A stretch of 64,000 nucleotides of DNA from contig CAWFTI010000001.1 in NCBI GenBank assembly GCA_963818745.1, positions 47,345 through 111,344 on the forward strand, given 5' to 3'. The notes below the pieces were generated by a model. It was given only the letters and a program-made list of their open reading frames with translations. It was not told the DNA's origin and ran no database searches. This DNA comes from Thermoplasmatota archaeon. Its GTDB lineage: Archaea; Thermoplasmatota; Thermoplasmata; UBA10834. Below, in pieces: positions 1 through 10,221 of the stretch. The first letter of the stretch is position 1. Each line of letters begins with the position of its first letter. A program made the position numbers and the translations under genes.

Positions 1-606
1 CAGGCCCTTGGCGAGCGCGGCCTTCACATGGTCGACCCCGTCCGGGAGCGGACAGGACACCTCGAGGGTGCCGTCGATCATGACCGATGGGAGCTGTATG
101 TTCTCCTTCGCGACCTCGGATATCGAGGGGACCCAGTTCTTGTCCACCCCGGCCTCCTTGATTCCATCCGGGTTGATGGCGGCCTGCTCGAAGGCGGAGT
201 AGAGCGTGCCGAACTCTTCCATGAGGGTCTCGCCGACCGCATCGAACGCCTCCTCGAGCGACTTGCCCATCTTGGTGCCGACGATCTCCAGGAGCTTCTC
301 GGCCTTCTTCTCGTTCTTCCACTCCTGGATCTTCTCGCGGCGCTGGTGGTCGTTGACCTGCTTGAGCGAGACGTCGATGTGCCCCTTGTCCTTGTCGACG
401 GAGAGGACCTTGCAGACGATCTTCTGGCCCTCCCGGACGTGGTCCCTGATGTACTTGACCCAGCCGGTGGCGACATCCCTCACGTGGATGAAGCCCTCCT
501 TGCCTCCGTACTCGTCGAGGGAAACGAAGGCGCCAAAATTCTTGACGTTCTGCACCGTGCAGACAACGAGATCTCCTATTTCAGGGAACTCTGCCTTAAG
601 TGGCAT
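1..606 (-). CDS. eif2a: translation initiation factor 2 subunit alpha (runs off window start)
   Basis: Own translation from ATG at 606: [68 protein letters not shown] (S1 domain). Conserved L44e-S27e-eIF2a gene order. Confidence 0.96.
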   Translation of the reverse strand, partial: MPLKAEFPEIGDLVVCTVQNVKNFGAFVSLDEYGGKEGFIHVRDVATGWVKYIRDHVREGQKIVCKVLSVDKDKGHIDVSLKQVNDHQRREKIQEWKNEKKAEKLLEIVGTKMGKSLEEAFDAVGETLMEEFGTLYSAFEQAAINPDGIKEAGVDKNWVPSISEVAKENIQLPSVMIDGTLEVSCPLPDGVDHVKAALAKGL

Positions 607-791
607 TACTGGACCTCTCCGAGCACCTGCCCTCTGACCTGACCCTTGCCGCCGGTCGGCTTGATCAGGGTGGCGCCGCAGACGTTGCACTTCACCTGTG
701 TCGCAGGCTTGTCGAACGCAATCTGCTCGTTGCCGCAATCCTGGCACTTAACAGTGATGAACTTGCTCTTGGGAGCCGGTATCGCGCTCAT
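606..791 (-). CDS. rps27e: 30S ribosomal protein S27e
   Basis: [43 protein letters not shown]4 zinc ribbon; C-terminal part of ORF 606..1181. Confidence 0.96.
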   Translation of the reverse strand: MSAIPAPKSKFITVKCQDCGNEQIAFDKPATQVKCNVCGATLIKPTGGKGQVRGQVLGEVQ

Positions 792-793
792 CC

Positions 794-1075
794 TCAGGCC
801 TCCTTGAGTTCGAACGTCTTGGACCTTATGCAGGTCCTCTGATGAGCCTTCTTGCAGGTCTTGCACCTGTACCTGAGCGCGACCTTGACCGTGGGCTTCT
901 GCCGGCCCTCGTACTTGGGCCTCGGGAACCCGCCGTATCCAGAGGTCGCCCTCCTGTATCTGCGCTGCCCCCACTTCAGCTCGCTCCTGGGCCTGCTCTT
1001 GACCTTCTCGACTTCGTGGTCCGTGTGCTTCTTGCACTTGGGACAGAATTCCTTTCTCACTCTTGGCATCTTCAT
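794..1075 (-). CDS. rpl44e: 50S ribosomal protein L44e
   Basis: MKMP...[11 protein letters not shown]...[18 protein letters not shown]...[15 protein letters not shown]. Confidence 0.97.
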   Translation of the reverse strand: MKMPRVRKEFCPKCKKHTDHEVEKVKSRPRSELKWGQRRYRRATSGYGGFPRPKYEGRQKPTVKVALRYRCKTCKKAHQRTCIRSKTFELKEA

Positions 1076-1229
1076 CTGAATCAGCGACCCATGGGGCAGT
1101 TGACGAGTAAGCGGGAAGACGTATTAAAGCATTACCGAGCGTCACTAGCAGGCCCAGCAGTCCTTTTGCCAACCGCCGCATGGTCCCGCCGCCATCTGAT
1201 ATCAGACCAGGTAAGACACCTCCCGACTG

Positions 1230-1265
1230 ATATGGAAACTAATAAATATATGGTAATTAATAAAT
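1230..1265 (+). promoter_or_regulatory. AT-rich promoter built from two tandem 18-bp direct repeats
   Basis: ATATGGAAACTAATAAAT (1230-1247) and ATATGGTAATTAATAAAT (1248-1265), 16/18 identical, ending 15 bp before the regulator ATG at 1281. Confidence 0.55.
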
Positions 1266-1280
1266 GGCTAGGCACATAAT

Positions 1281-1646
1281 ATGACGGACAAGGGGCTCAC
1301 CAAGAAGGACGAGTTGCTCGTCGAGCTTCTTATGAGGACGGGGCTGTCTAAGAACATCGCCAAGACGCTCGTGTACCTCAGAAAGAAGGAAGAGACTACT
1401 TCCGTCGAGATCGAGAGCGCCACTAGTCTCAGACAGCCTGAGGTTTCTATCGCCATGCAGGAGCTGCGCAGGCGCAAGTGGGTCTCGAAGAGGGACATCA
1501 AGAAGGAGGGCAAGGGCCGTCCCGTGCACTCTAACAAGCTGGCGCTGTCGTTCGAGAAGATCATCGACACCATCGAGGCCGAGGAGCGCAAGAGGATCGA
1601 GATGATCGAGGCGACGATCAAGCAGCTGAAGGAACTCGCGAAGTAG
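1281..1646 (+). CDS. archaeal winged-helix transcriptional regulator (COG4738-like)
   Basis: TSVEIESATSLRQPEVSIAMQEL..RKWV...KKEGKGRP HTH plus wing. Confidence 0.85.
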   Translation: MTDKGLTKKDELLVELLMRTGLSKNIAKTLVYLRKKEETTSVEIESATSLRQPEVSIAMQELRRRKWVSKRDIKKEGKGRPVHSNKLALSFEKIIDTIEAEERKRIEMIEATIKQLKELAK

Positions 1647-1661
1647 CGGTGCCGCCGAGCA

Positions 1662-2336
1662 TCATCGTTTTCTCTCGAGCACCTTGATGCCGTCCTTCGA
1701 AGCCACGATGACCTTGCTCGTCAGCCCCACGAACAGACCGTTGTCGACGACGCCCGGGACCAGGTTGATCTCGGCCTCCATCCTCCTGGCGTCCTCTATC
1801 TTCGGGAACCTGCAGTCCGCGATGTAGTTCCCGTTGTCCGTCACGAACATCGCGCCGTCCTTGAACCTCATCTTGGGCACGCACCCGAACTGCTCGAGCC
1901 TGCGCACGGTCGCCTCGTACGAGAACCTGACGATCTCGACCGGCAGAGGCGCCTTCTGGCAGAGGTACTGGACCAGCTTGGAATCGTCCACGACTATGAC
2001 CTCCTCGACGGTCGCGGCGGCCACGATCTTCTCCCTGACCAGGGCGCCGCCCAGGCCCTTCACGAGGTCCAGGTTGGGGTCCACCTCGTCGGCCCCGTCT
2101 ATCGTAAGGTCGACTCTGGGATGGTCCTTCAGCTCCCCGATCCGTATCCCGACCGATCGCCCGAGAGCCTCTGACTCCCTGGAGGTGGGTATGCCGACGA
2201 TGTCCGCGCCTTCCCGGACTCGGTCGCCAATCAGCCTGATGGCGATGCTGGCGGTGGAACCGCTCCCGAGTCCCACGACCATGCCGCTCTTCACATCCTT
2301 GACCGCCTCGCGGGCGGCCATCTCCTTCAGGTCCAA
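1662..2336 (-). CDS. rpiA: ribose-5-phosphate isomerase A
   Basis: GLGSGST, IDGADEVD, KGLGGALVREKIV, TDNGNYIAD motifs; probable TTG start at 2336. Confidence 0.96.
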   Translation of the reverse strand: MDLKEMAAREAVKDVKSGMVVGLGSGSTASIAIRLIGDRVREGADIVGIPTSRESEALGRSVGIRIGELKDHPRVDLTIDGADEVDPNLDLVKGLGGALVREKIVAAATVEEVIVVDDSKLVQYLCQKAPLPVEIVRFSYEATVRRLEQFGCVPKMRFKDGAMFVTDNGNYIADCRFPKIEDARRMEAEINLVPGVVDNGLFVGLTSKVIVASKDGIKVLERKR

Positions 2337-2340
2337 CGCG

Positions 2341-3100
2341 TCACGCTCCCTTCGGTCTCCGCTTGAGCCCGAAGTTCCGAGAGACCAGACCGCAGAGTTC
2401 CTCGACGACATAGTCGTCGATCCGCTTGCCGTTCTCGGCCGATGCGGCCTTCGAATCGCCCATCACGCCCGTCGGTATGTACTTCTCAGGATCGTGGAGT
2501 ATCATGTACTTCGGGGGCCTCGACCTGCCCGTGGGCCTCTCCTTGCCGACGAGCTCAGGCCGTATGTTGAGCACCCTCGATGTCTCGATCTGGCCCGCGT
2601 GTCCGTCGTCCTCGGGGAACTCCTTGCCCCTGAGGTCGTACGCGATATCGTAGTCCGACAGCACCATGACCTTGATGTCGTTGTCCTTCTCGACGGCCCT
2701 CTGCGCGCCCAGCCTGAGCGCGGCCATGTGGCCGCTCCCCGCGTGACCGGTGAGCAGCAGTGATCTTCTTGACGCCGTTCCTCGAAAGCTCGGAGACGAT
2801 GTCGAACGCGAGCCCCTGGACGGTCTCGAAGCTGAGCGAGATGGTCCCCGGGAAGTTCCTCGTGCTCCTGCACTCGCCGTACCTGATGGGCGGGAGCAAC
2901 AGGGCGTCGAACTCGACCGCCACCCTCCGAGCGACTTCCTCTGCCTGCATGGAATCGGTCCCCAGGGGCAGGTGCACTCCGTGCTCCTCAGTGGAGCCTA
3001 TCGGGACTATCGCGAGCGGCTTCTCCCTTGCGCGCCTCGCGAAATCCCTGCTCGTGATCTCGTCAACACAGACTGGACTAGTGCTTCGCTTCACCGACAT
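2341..3100 (-). CDS. creatininase / creatinine amidohydrolase family protein (one frameshift ~2755)
   Basis: PIGSTEEHGVHLPLGTD in ORF 2555..3100; TGHAG, DGHAGQIETS and GVMGD..AS.ENG in the 2341..2727 frame. Confidence 0.85.
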
Positions 3101-3281
3101 GCTTCGCTCCCCCCGGCTTCACCGAATCGAGGTCTATCAACTGCACCCCGCAGACGGGACAGCTCATGCTCGACAGCGATGTGTTCCCGAACTTCGTCCT
3201 CAGCTCGGCGTCTATCTTCTCGAGCCGGTCCTTCGGGATGGTCCTGTCGCACTTGGGGCAGTAGTACACGGATTTCTGCAT
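3078..3281 (-). CDS. small zinc-finger protein (67 aa)
   Basis: MQKSVYYCPKCDR...MSCPVCG: two CxxC pairs; overlaps start of the creatininase gene. Confidence 0.65.
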   Translation of the reverse strand: MQKSVYYCPKCDRTIPKDRLEKIDAELRTKFGNTSLSSMSCPVCGVQLIDLDSVKPGGAKHVGEAKH

Positions 3282-3315
3282 GAACGTATCCGTACATAAA
3301 CCCAATCGACAGGAG

Positions 3316-3360
3316 TGACATGTCGTCTCCGCGCCTGACATGTCATGAGGGGATATATCC
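3316..3360 (+). promoter_or_regulatory. paired palindromic operator-like sites and TATA-like box upstream of the macroglobulin gene
   Basis: TGACATGTC (3316-3324) and TGACATGTCA (3336-3345) 20 bp apart; GGATATATCC (3351-3360). Confidence 0.4.
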
Positions 3361-3393
3361 GGTGCGCGTGCGGTGTCGTGCTCGGGTGAGTGT

Positions 3394-6300
3394 TTGAGGA
3401 AGGCCGTCGCCCGGTTGGTCTCAAGGGACAGGAAGAACAGGTTCGTCGCGACTCTACTGACAGTGTTGCTAGCGGTCGGGGCCGTGGGGGTGGCGATCGA
3501 GAACATCGACGACGCATACCTCGCGAACAAGCTCAACCTGATCACGTACGTACCTGACAGGGTCACTGCAGGCGGCGAGTCCACAATCATGGTCTTCGCG
3601 GTCGACAACCAGGGGAACCCGATCGCCGGACAGAAGGTGGATGTGAGGCTCGAGATAGGCAACACGAGCACCGTCGTGTGGTCCGGCCGCACGGGCGACG
3701 ACGGGTCCGCGTCACCCGCCATAGAGTTCCCCGCGACCGCGGGCAAGGCCAAGATCGTCGTGAGCTCGGGAGTCGATGTCATAGAGACGACCACCGTGCT
3801 CGACGACAGCATCAGAATCATCATCACGACCGACAAGCCGGTCTACAAACCTGGCGATGTCATTCACATGAGGTTCCTCACCTACGCTGGCATGGATCCA
3901 CTGCCCCAGGAATCCGAGCTTCTCGCGGAGGTGATCGACCCCAACGGCGACAAGATATTCAAGAAGCTCCTGTCGCCGGACGAGTACGGCATATGCTCGT
4001 ACGACCTGTCGCTGTCGGATCAGCTAAGTCAAGGAACCTACACCATATCGGCGACCGTGGGCGAGAGGACGGTAACAAAGGCCCTGACGGTGAAGGACTA
4101 CGTCCTGCCCAAGTTCCGCGTCGACCTGCTCGGCACGGATGCCTGGTACGCGGTCCACGACGATATCACAGGCACTGTCTCCGCCGAGTACTTCTTCGGA
4201 GAATCCGTCCAGGGCACGGTCGACCTCGAGGCGAGCGTCTACCTGGGAGTCTGGGAGACATACTACTCTGACACTGGCACGCTGTCCGATGGAGAGTACG
4301 CGTTCGAGATCCCGCCCGTGGGATATGCGGTCGGCATCGAGGCCGCAGGCGGGAACGGGTACATCCAGCTGAACATCACGGTGACCGACACCTCCGGGCA
4401 TGTCGAGAAGAGGTACAGGGTGATCCCGGTCTCCGAGAGCGCACTCGTGATGTCGGTGCTCACGGATAGCTGCGTCGTGGGAGAGCAGTCCACATTCAAT
4501 GCGATCGTCCGCAGCCCCGACGGCGGGGCGGTTGAGAACGCGACCGTCAAGCTGTACGTGTACAACGCTACGACGTACACCACGGCCGCAACCGCGAGCA
4601 CGGACGAGCGCGGCATAGCCGCACTGACATTCACATACGCCGGCGGGTCGATGGCGAGGCTCACCGCCACGCACCGTCGGGAACGGCTCGAGCATCTACA
4701 TCGACCTCTTGGAGGACGAGGGGCTCAAGGTCGTCGCGGACTACGAATCGTATGGCGTGGGCGACACGGCGAACTTCGATATCATATACGCGGGCGGTTC
4801 GATGACCCGTAACGTCTACTGGGACCTGGTCTCCAGGGGATATCTGGTCGACAGAGGGGTCGTACAGCTCGAAGACGGGCGCACATCCCTCCAGCTGGTC
4901 GTCGGCCCTGACACGGAACCATTCGCGCAGCTGAGGGTCTACAAGATCGAGGAGGACATGGGCGTGTCGAGGGACGCGGTGACGTTCTCGGTCGGAGACG
5001 CCTCTATGCTCACGGTCGACGTGAGCACGGACAACTCATCGTACTATCCGAGGGACACCGTGGACCTGTCGTTCTATGTCGAGAACGGGGGTGCTCCGAC
5101 GATGGCAGCGCTAGGGGTGTCCGTGGTGGACGAGGCGGTGTACGAGGTCGGGGGCACGTTCCAGGGATTCGAGGAGATTGTCTTCGGCCTCGACGAGGAG
5201 TTCGTCATTCCGCAGTATCAGATCCTGACCTATGTCTACGCAGGCGTCGGCACATTGCCTTCGGAGTCCACGGAGGTCGTCTCCGAGATGGACGAAGGAC
5301 GTGCGATGTCCACGTGGCCCGAGAATCTGGCCACGGCGGAGGACATCCAAGTGGAGGCGTCCAGGGGCTATTGGTTCTCGCTCTACCTGTGCGCCGCGGT
5401 CGGGTTGATGGTCTTCATGGGGTCCCGCGCGAGGGGCAGGAACTACGGGCTGGTGGCCGGTGTGGTTGCCCTCCTCATCGCCGCGGGCATGGTCACTGCC
5501 TACGTGGCCACACTCGGATTCGGCGGGTCGAGCGATAGCGGTCCCGTACCCAGGGTGCCAGCCGCGGACGGCGATGCGTTCTTCGACAGGAGCACTGAGT
5601 TCATGGGGACCGGGGACTTCGACACCGCGTACGGCGACGATTCCTCGACAGACGGGAGCAGCGGGAGCGTCTCGCGACCATCGATAGTCCGCCAGTACTT
5701 CCCGGAGACATGGTACTGGAACCCGTGCCTGCTCACCGACGAGAACGGACGGGCGAATGTGACCCTCACGGCGCCCGATTCGATCACCTCATGGCAGGTG
5801 GACGTGATAGCGTCCACCTCGGACGGCATGATCGGCACGGGCTCTGACTCCGTGACAGTCTTCCAGCCATTCTTCGTGGAGCCCGACATACCCGTCTCCG
5901 TCGTGAGAGGGGACGAGTTCCCGCTCAGCGTCATGATATACAACTACCTGGACACGGAGCAGACCGTGAACGTGACCCTGGTCGACGACCCGTGGTTCAC
6001 GCTGGTCTCCCCCTCGGACCAGACCGTCACAGTCCCTTCAGGCTACGTGTCCTCTGTGTCTTTCACGATAATCGCCGAGAAGGTCGGCTGGCACACGGTG
6101 ACCGTCTCGGCCGAGTCCGAGGAGGCATCGGACGCGGTCGTCAGGCCGATGGAGGTCGTCCCCGACGGCAAGAAGGTCGAGACCCTGTTCAACGGGGATG
6201 TCGGGAACGGCAGCGTCACGCAGACCCTCTACCTCATGGAGGACATGATCGAGGGAAGCGAGAATGCGTGGGTCAAGATACAGGGAAGCGTCGACGCTGT

Positions 6301-7826
6301 GCTCCTGGAGGGCGTGGACGAGTTCATACGGTACGTGTCCGGCTGTGGGGAGCAGTCCCTGTCGATGCTGTCAATAGACATCCTAGCCTACGCCACAGTG
6401 GTGGACCTCGGGACCTCCCCTGAGAAGATGTTCGAATACGAGAGCATCGTCAACCAGGGGATCCAGCACGAGCTCATGTACCTGGTCGAACCGGAGAACG
6501 GCATCGGCAGGGGCATCGTGTGGTTCCCCGGAGACCAGGATGTCCATCCGTGGCTCACATCCTGGGGCCTGATAGCGTTCCAGGACGCCGTCGACGCAGG
6601 CTTCGGGCTCGATGAGGACATCATCACCGACATGCAGGACTGGCTGAAATCGATACAGCAGGACGACGGCTCGTGGGAGTTCCCCGACTGGGGGATATAC
6701 GAGTTCAACAACCCGATACTGAAGGCGAAGGACATCGCGGCCACGGGGTACATAGCAAGAGCGCTCCTGCGCTCGGGCGTGCCCGCATCCGATTCGTGCA
6801 TCCAAGCCGCGGTCGACTATGTCCAGAGCAGAATCTCCACCGTCGAGAACGATCCCATACAGCCTCTCGCTGTCGCTGCTCCTGCTGAACGCGGGCGGCG
6901 GCTCGATATCTACGCGCGATTACATCGCGGACAGGCTCGAGGCGCTCAAGATAGTCGAAGGCGAATCAGTGCACTGGACGAGCGACATGAGCCTGATATC
7001 GGATAGCGACCTCGGCTGGGGAGGCTGTTCGCCGAGGATCATCGAGACCACCGGCTACGCTGCGATGGCGCTCCACGGAGAAACAGGGCACGCGACGTCC
7101 GTCAGCGGCGCGGTCAAGTACCTCCTGGACCACAGGGGCGAGCTCGGCGGCTGGATGTCCACGCAGGACACCGTCGTCGCGTTCCACGCACTGGCAGAGG
7201 TCGCATCGGGCAGCTCGGTCGAGGACGTCCAGGTCCAGATCATGGCCGAGGACGTCGTCATAGAGACGATAGACATGGGCGAGTTCAACAAGGACGTCAC
7301 GTACCTCGTGGACCTCAGGCCGTACCTGGCGAACGTGACCAACGTGACAGTCTCGTGCGTCGGCACGGGGTCGGTCCTCTACTCGATCTACCTCGAGCAG
7401 TACGTGCCGTGGCCTGACGAGCCCGAGTCCTCCCCGTTCCTGACCCTCACGGTGACGTACGACGCCACCTCCATATCTGTGGATGACAGGCTCATGGCCC
7501 ACATGTACCTGCTCTACAACGGGACCGCGCCCGTCATCAAGATGATACTCGTCGACCTCCGCGCGCCGATGGGGTTCGCATTCGACCTCTCCGAGTTCGA
7601 CGCGCTCGACTCCCAGGGAGTGATATCCTCCTACGACTACAACGACCGCCAGGTCGTCGTGTACATCACGGACATCGTATCCGGCGTTCCGGTCGAGTTC
7701 GATTACTCGCTCGTCGCAGAGCTGCCCATCGAGAGCACGCTCCAGGGGGTCGTCGCATGGGACATGTACAATCCTGAGGAGCTGAGGTCGGAGACGCTCC
7801 CGGTGGACTTCGAGGTGTCGGGGTGA
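3394..7826 (+). CDS. alpha-2-macroglobulin / thioester-containing protein, ~1470 aa (frameshifts ~4672 and ~6855)
   Basis: N-terminal TM/signal; MG2 motif ITTDKPVYKPGD; V(K)DYVLPKF; VRQYFPETWYW; APDSITSW; FQPFFVE.DIP.SVVRGDE; thioester GCGEQ (6341-6355); GGWMSTQDTVVAF; receptor-binding-domain-like MILVDLRAPMGF...WDMYNPE. Spread over ORFs 3373..4812, 4709..7006 and 6819..7826. Confidence 0.93.
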
Positions 7827-7890
7827 CACCCCTGGCAGGAAAGGATTAACTCACCGTCATCACTTCAGGTTTGTTCGCGGGGTTCGGGGT

Positions 7891-9446
7891 GTGACTGCAG
7901 GAAACGGGGGCAAGTGCAGCTTCAGGCTGAAGGCCAAGGAGAAGGTCCTGGTCCAGCTGTACCTCCACATGTGCGGGCCTGACGACGGAGTGTTCCCCTT
8001 CGAGGTGACTCAGAAAGGGCTCTCGGACCACCTGGGCCTGCGCAGGAGCCACGTGGCGGTCGCGCTGCAGGAGCTCGTAAGGGACGGCATGGTTGAGGTC
8101 GCCAAGGGGCACGTCGAGGGAGCCCAGAGAAGGCAGAACGCATACTGTGTGACCACGGACGGGCTCGACGCCGCCAAGGCGCTGTGCGAGCAGCTCCTCG
8201 AGGTGGAGGTGTCCTTCGAGAGCAGCGAGGGCACGAGCACGGTCAAGGTCTCCGAGCTTGTGAACTCGCGCAGGGCGAACCTCACATCAGTCATAATCCA
8301 GCTGGAAAGGGGGGGCCCGGTCAGAGACGAGATCACCATCATGACGAAGCCGGAGAAGAAGCTGATCTCCGTGTTCTGCCCGACGTGCAAGAAGCAGATC
8401 GAGGTCGACAACGTGTTCTTCGAGGAGGAGGTCGGGTTCGACTGCCCTGGCTGCGGAAGGCCGTACAGGATCGTGCCCGCGCTCAAGGCGGAGGAGGTTC
8501 CGGCCCGCACCACGCGCTCCAGGCCGAACGCCGCGGTCGCCGTTGCCTTGGCAGCCGTCGCCATGCTCGCACTGGTCTTCGCCTCAGCTTCGGTCTGCCT
8601 CTCGACCATCATCGTCATCGGCGCCGGGGGCGGGATAGTCGTCTGGCTCCTGACAAGGGAGAAGAAGGATGGCGAAGCCGAAACCCAGGACTCGCATCAG
8701 CGCGGTCCTGGGCACGGTCATCATCAGCCCGCTCCTGCTGATCCTGTGGCACATGAGCGTCGCGACGATCGACCCCTACGAGACCATGGCAGCCCTGTTG
8801 CCTATATGGGGGGCTGCCGCCCTGGGGTACCTGGTCGTCGTTTTCCTGCTCCCCGATTTCAGAGGGGACTATCTGCTGTCCGCTGGACTGGTCATGATCA
8901 TGATTGCAGCGGCGACGATGTTCGTGGTCGAGTTCGGGTGGATCGAAGTGGGGATGGCTCTTGCGGTCGGCATCAGCGGAGGGGTCATCGTCGTGCTGTC
9001 GACCTTCCACCCGATCGACAGGGACGCCAAGGTGCTGGACGGGGCCGCGTCGACCGGGGCGTTCCTGCTTCTGCTCGCGGGCGTGGTGCTCGTGCCGAGC
9101 AGCGAGGAGATGACAGACCTGCTGGCCTCCGGCAGCGTCGCTCTCCTGGGAGTGGTTCTCGTGGGCGTGAGGGCAGCGAGGGAGCTGACCGGCGCCAAGG
9201 ACATCTCGTCACATCTGCTCGCCTCAATCCCGCTGACGATGGCCGGGAGCCTGCTGGCGCTCGGGGCGTTCCTCGTCGAAGGGGGAGCGGTGCTCGCAGG
9301 CGTCGTGGAGCTCGCGGCGGCCGTCCCCTTCGGGTACTTCGGGCTCAAGCAGGTCCTCAACAAGGACTGGCCGTACAGGGTGCCCCTGGTGACTGTCGTT
9401 CTTCGCGGTCATCGCGCTCGCGCTGATCGCGGGGCTCCTGACCTGA
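7891..9446 (+). CDS. winged-helix + zinc ribbon + multi-pass membrane protein (frameshifts ~8668, ~9398)
   Basis: FEVTQKGLSDHLGLRRSHVAVALQEL HTH; FCPTC...FDCPGCGRPY; then ~10 hydrophobic segments (ORFs 7891..9426 and 8669..9493). Could be two genes. Confidence 0.7.
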
Positions 9447-9489
9447 CCGAACTGGTATATACGCCGGCAGAGGATACGTGGACGAGTCC

Positions 9490-10161
9490 ATGAGGGTCTC
9501 GGCGCTCTTCTCGGGTGGAAAGGATTCCACATACGCCGTCTATCTCGTCCAGCAGCAGGGCTGGGAGGTCGTCAGCCTGCTGACGGTGGTACCGAAGGCC
9601 GAGGACTCGTACATGTTCCACTACCCGAACATAGCCTGGACGAAGCTGCAGGCAGAATCCATGGGCATCCCGATCAAGTACAAGGAGAGCAGCGGCGAGA
9701 AGGAGAAGGAGCTCGCGGACGTCGAGGAGCTCATGCGCGGGGAGGACGTGGACGGGTTCGTGTGCGGCGCGATCGCGTCCGACTACCAGTGGTCGAGGCT
9801 GAACGAGATCTGCCACAGGCTCGGGAAGCCGCTCCACGCACCCCTCTGGCGCAAGGACCAGGTCACGCTCCTCGAGGACATGGTGCACGCGGGCTTCAGG
9901 TTCATGATATCAGGAGTGTACGCCCAGGGGTTCGACGAGGGATGGCTCGGGAAGACCATCACCGACCACTCGATCAACGAGCTGAAGAGGCTGAGGGACA
10001 AGTACAGGATCAGCCCGTCAGGCGAGGGCGGGGAGATCGAGACCTTCGTCCTGGACGCGCCCAACTTCTCGAAGTCGGTTCACATAGACGAGGCCCAGAC
10101 CTGCTGGGCGAAGACATCCGGCACGTTCGTGATACACAGGGCGTCGCTGGAGAACAAGTAG
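9490..10161 (+). CDS. dph6: diphthine--ammonia ligase (PP-loop ATPase)
   Basis: LFSGGKDS, DSYMFH, GAIASDYQ, PLW, GEGGEIETFVLDAP.F. Confidence 0.92.
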   Translation: MRVSALFSGGKDSTYAVYLVQQQGWEVVSLLTVVPKAEDSYMFHYPNIAWTKLQAESMGIPIKYKESSGEKEKELADVEELMRGEDVDGFVCGAIASDYQWSRLNEICHRLGKPLHAPLWRKDQVTLLEDMVHAGFRFMISGVYAQGFDEGWLGKTITDHSINELKRLRDKYRISPSGEGGEIETFVLDAPNFSKSVHIDEAQTCWAKTSGTFVIHRASLENK

Positions 10162-10221
10162 AGGGTTTCGAAGGGTTTGCCGCGGGCGCGTCGTGCCCGC
10201 GGAGAGGTCCGCGCGCGACGA

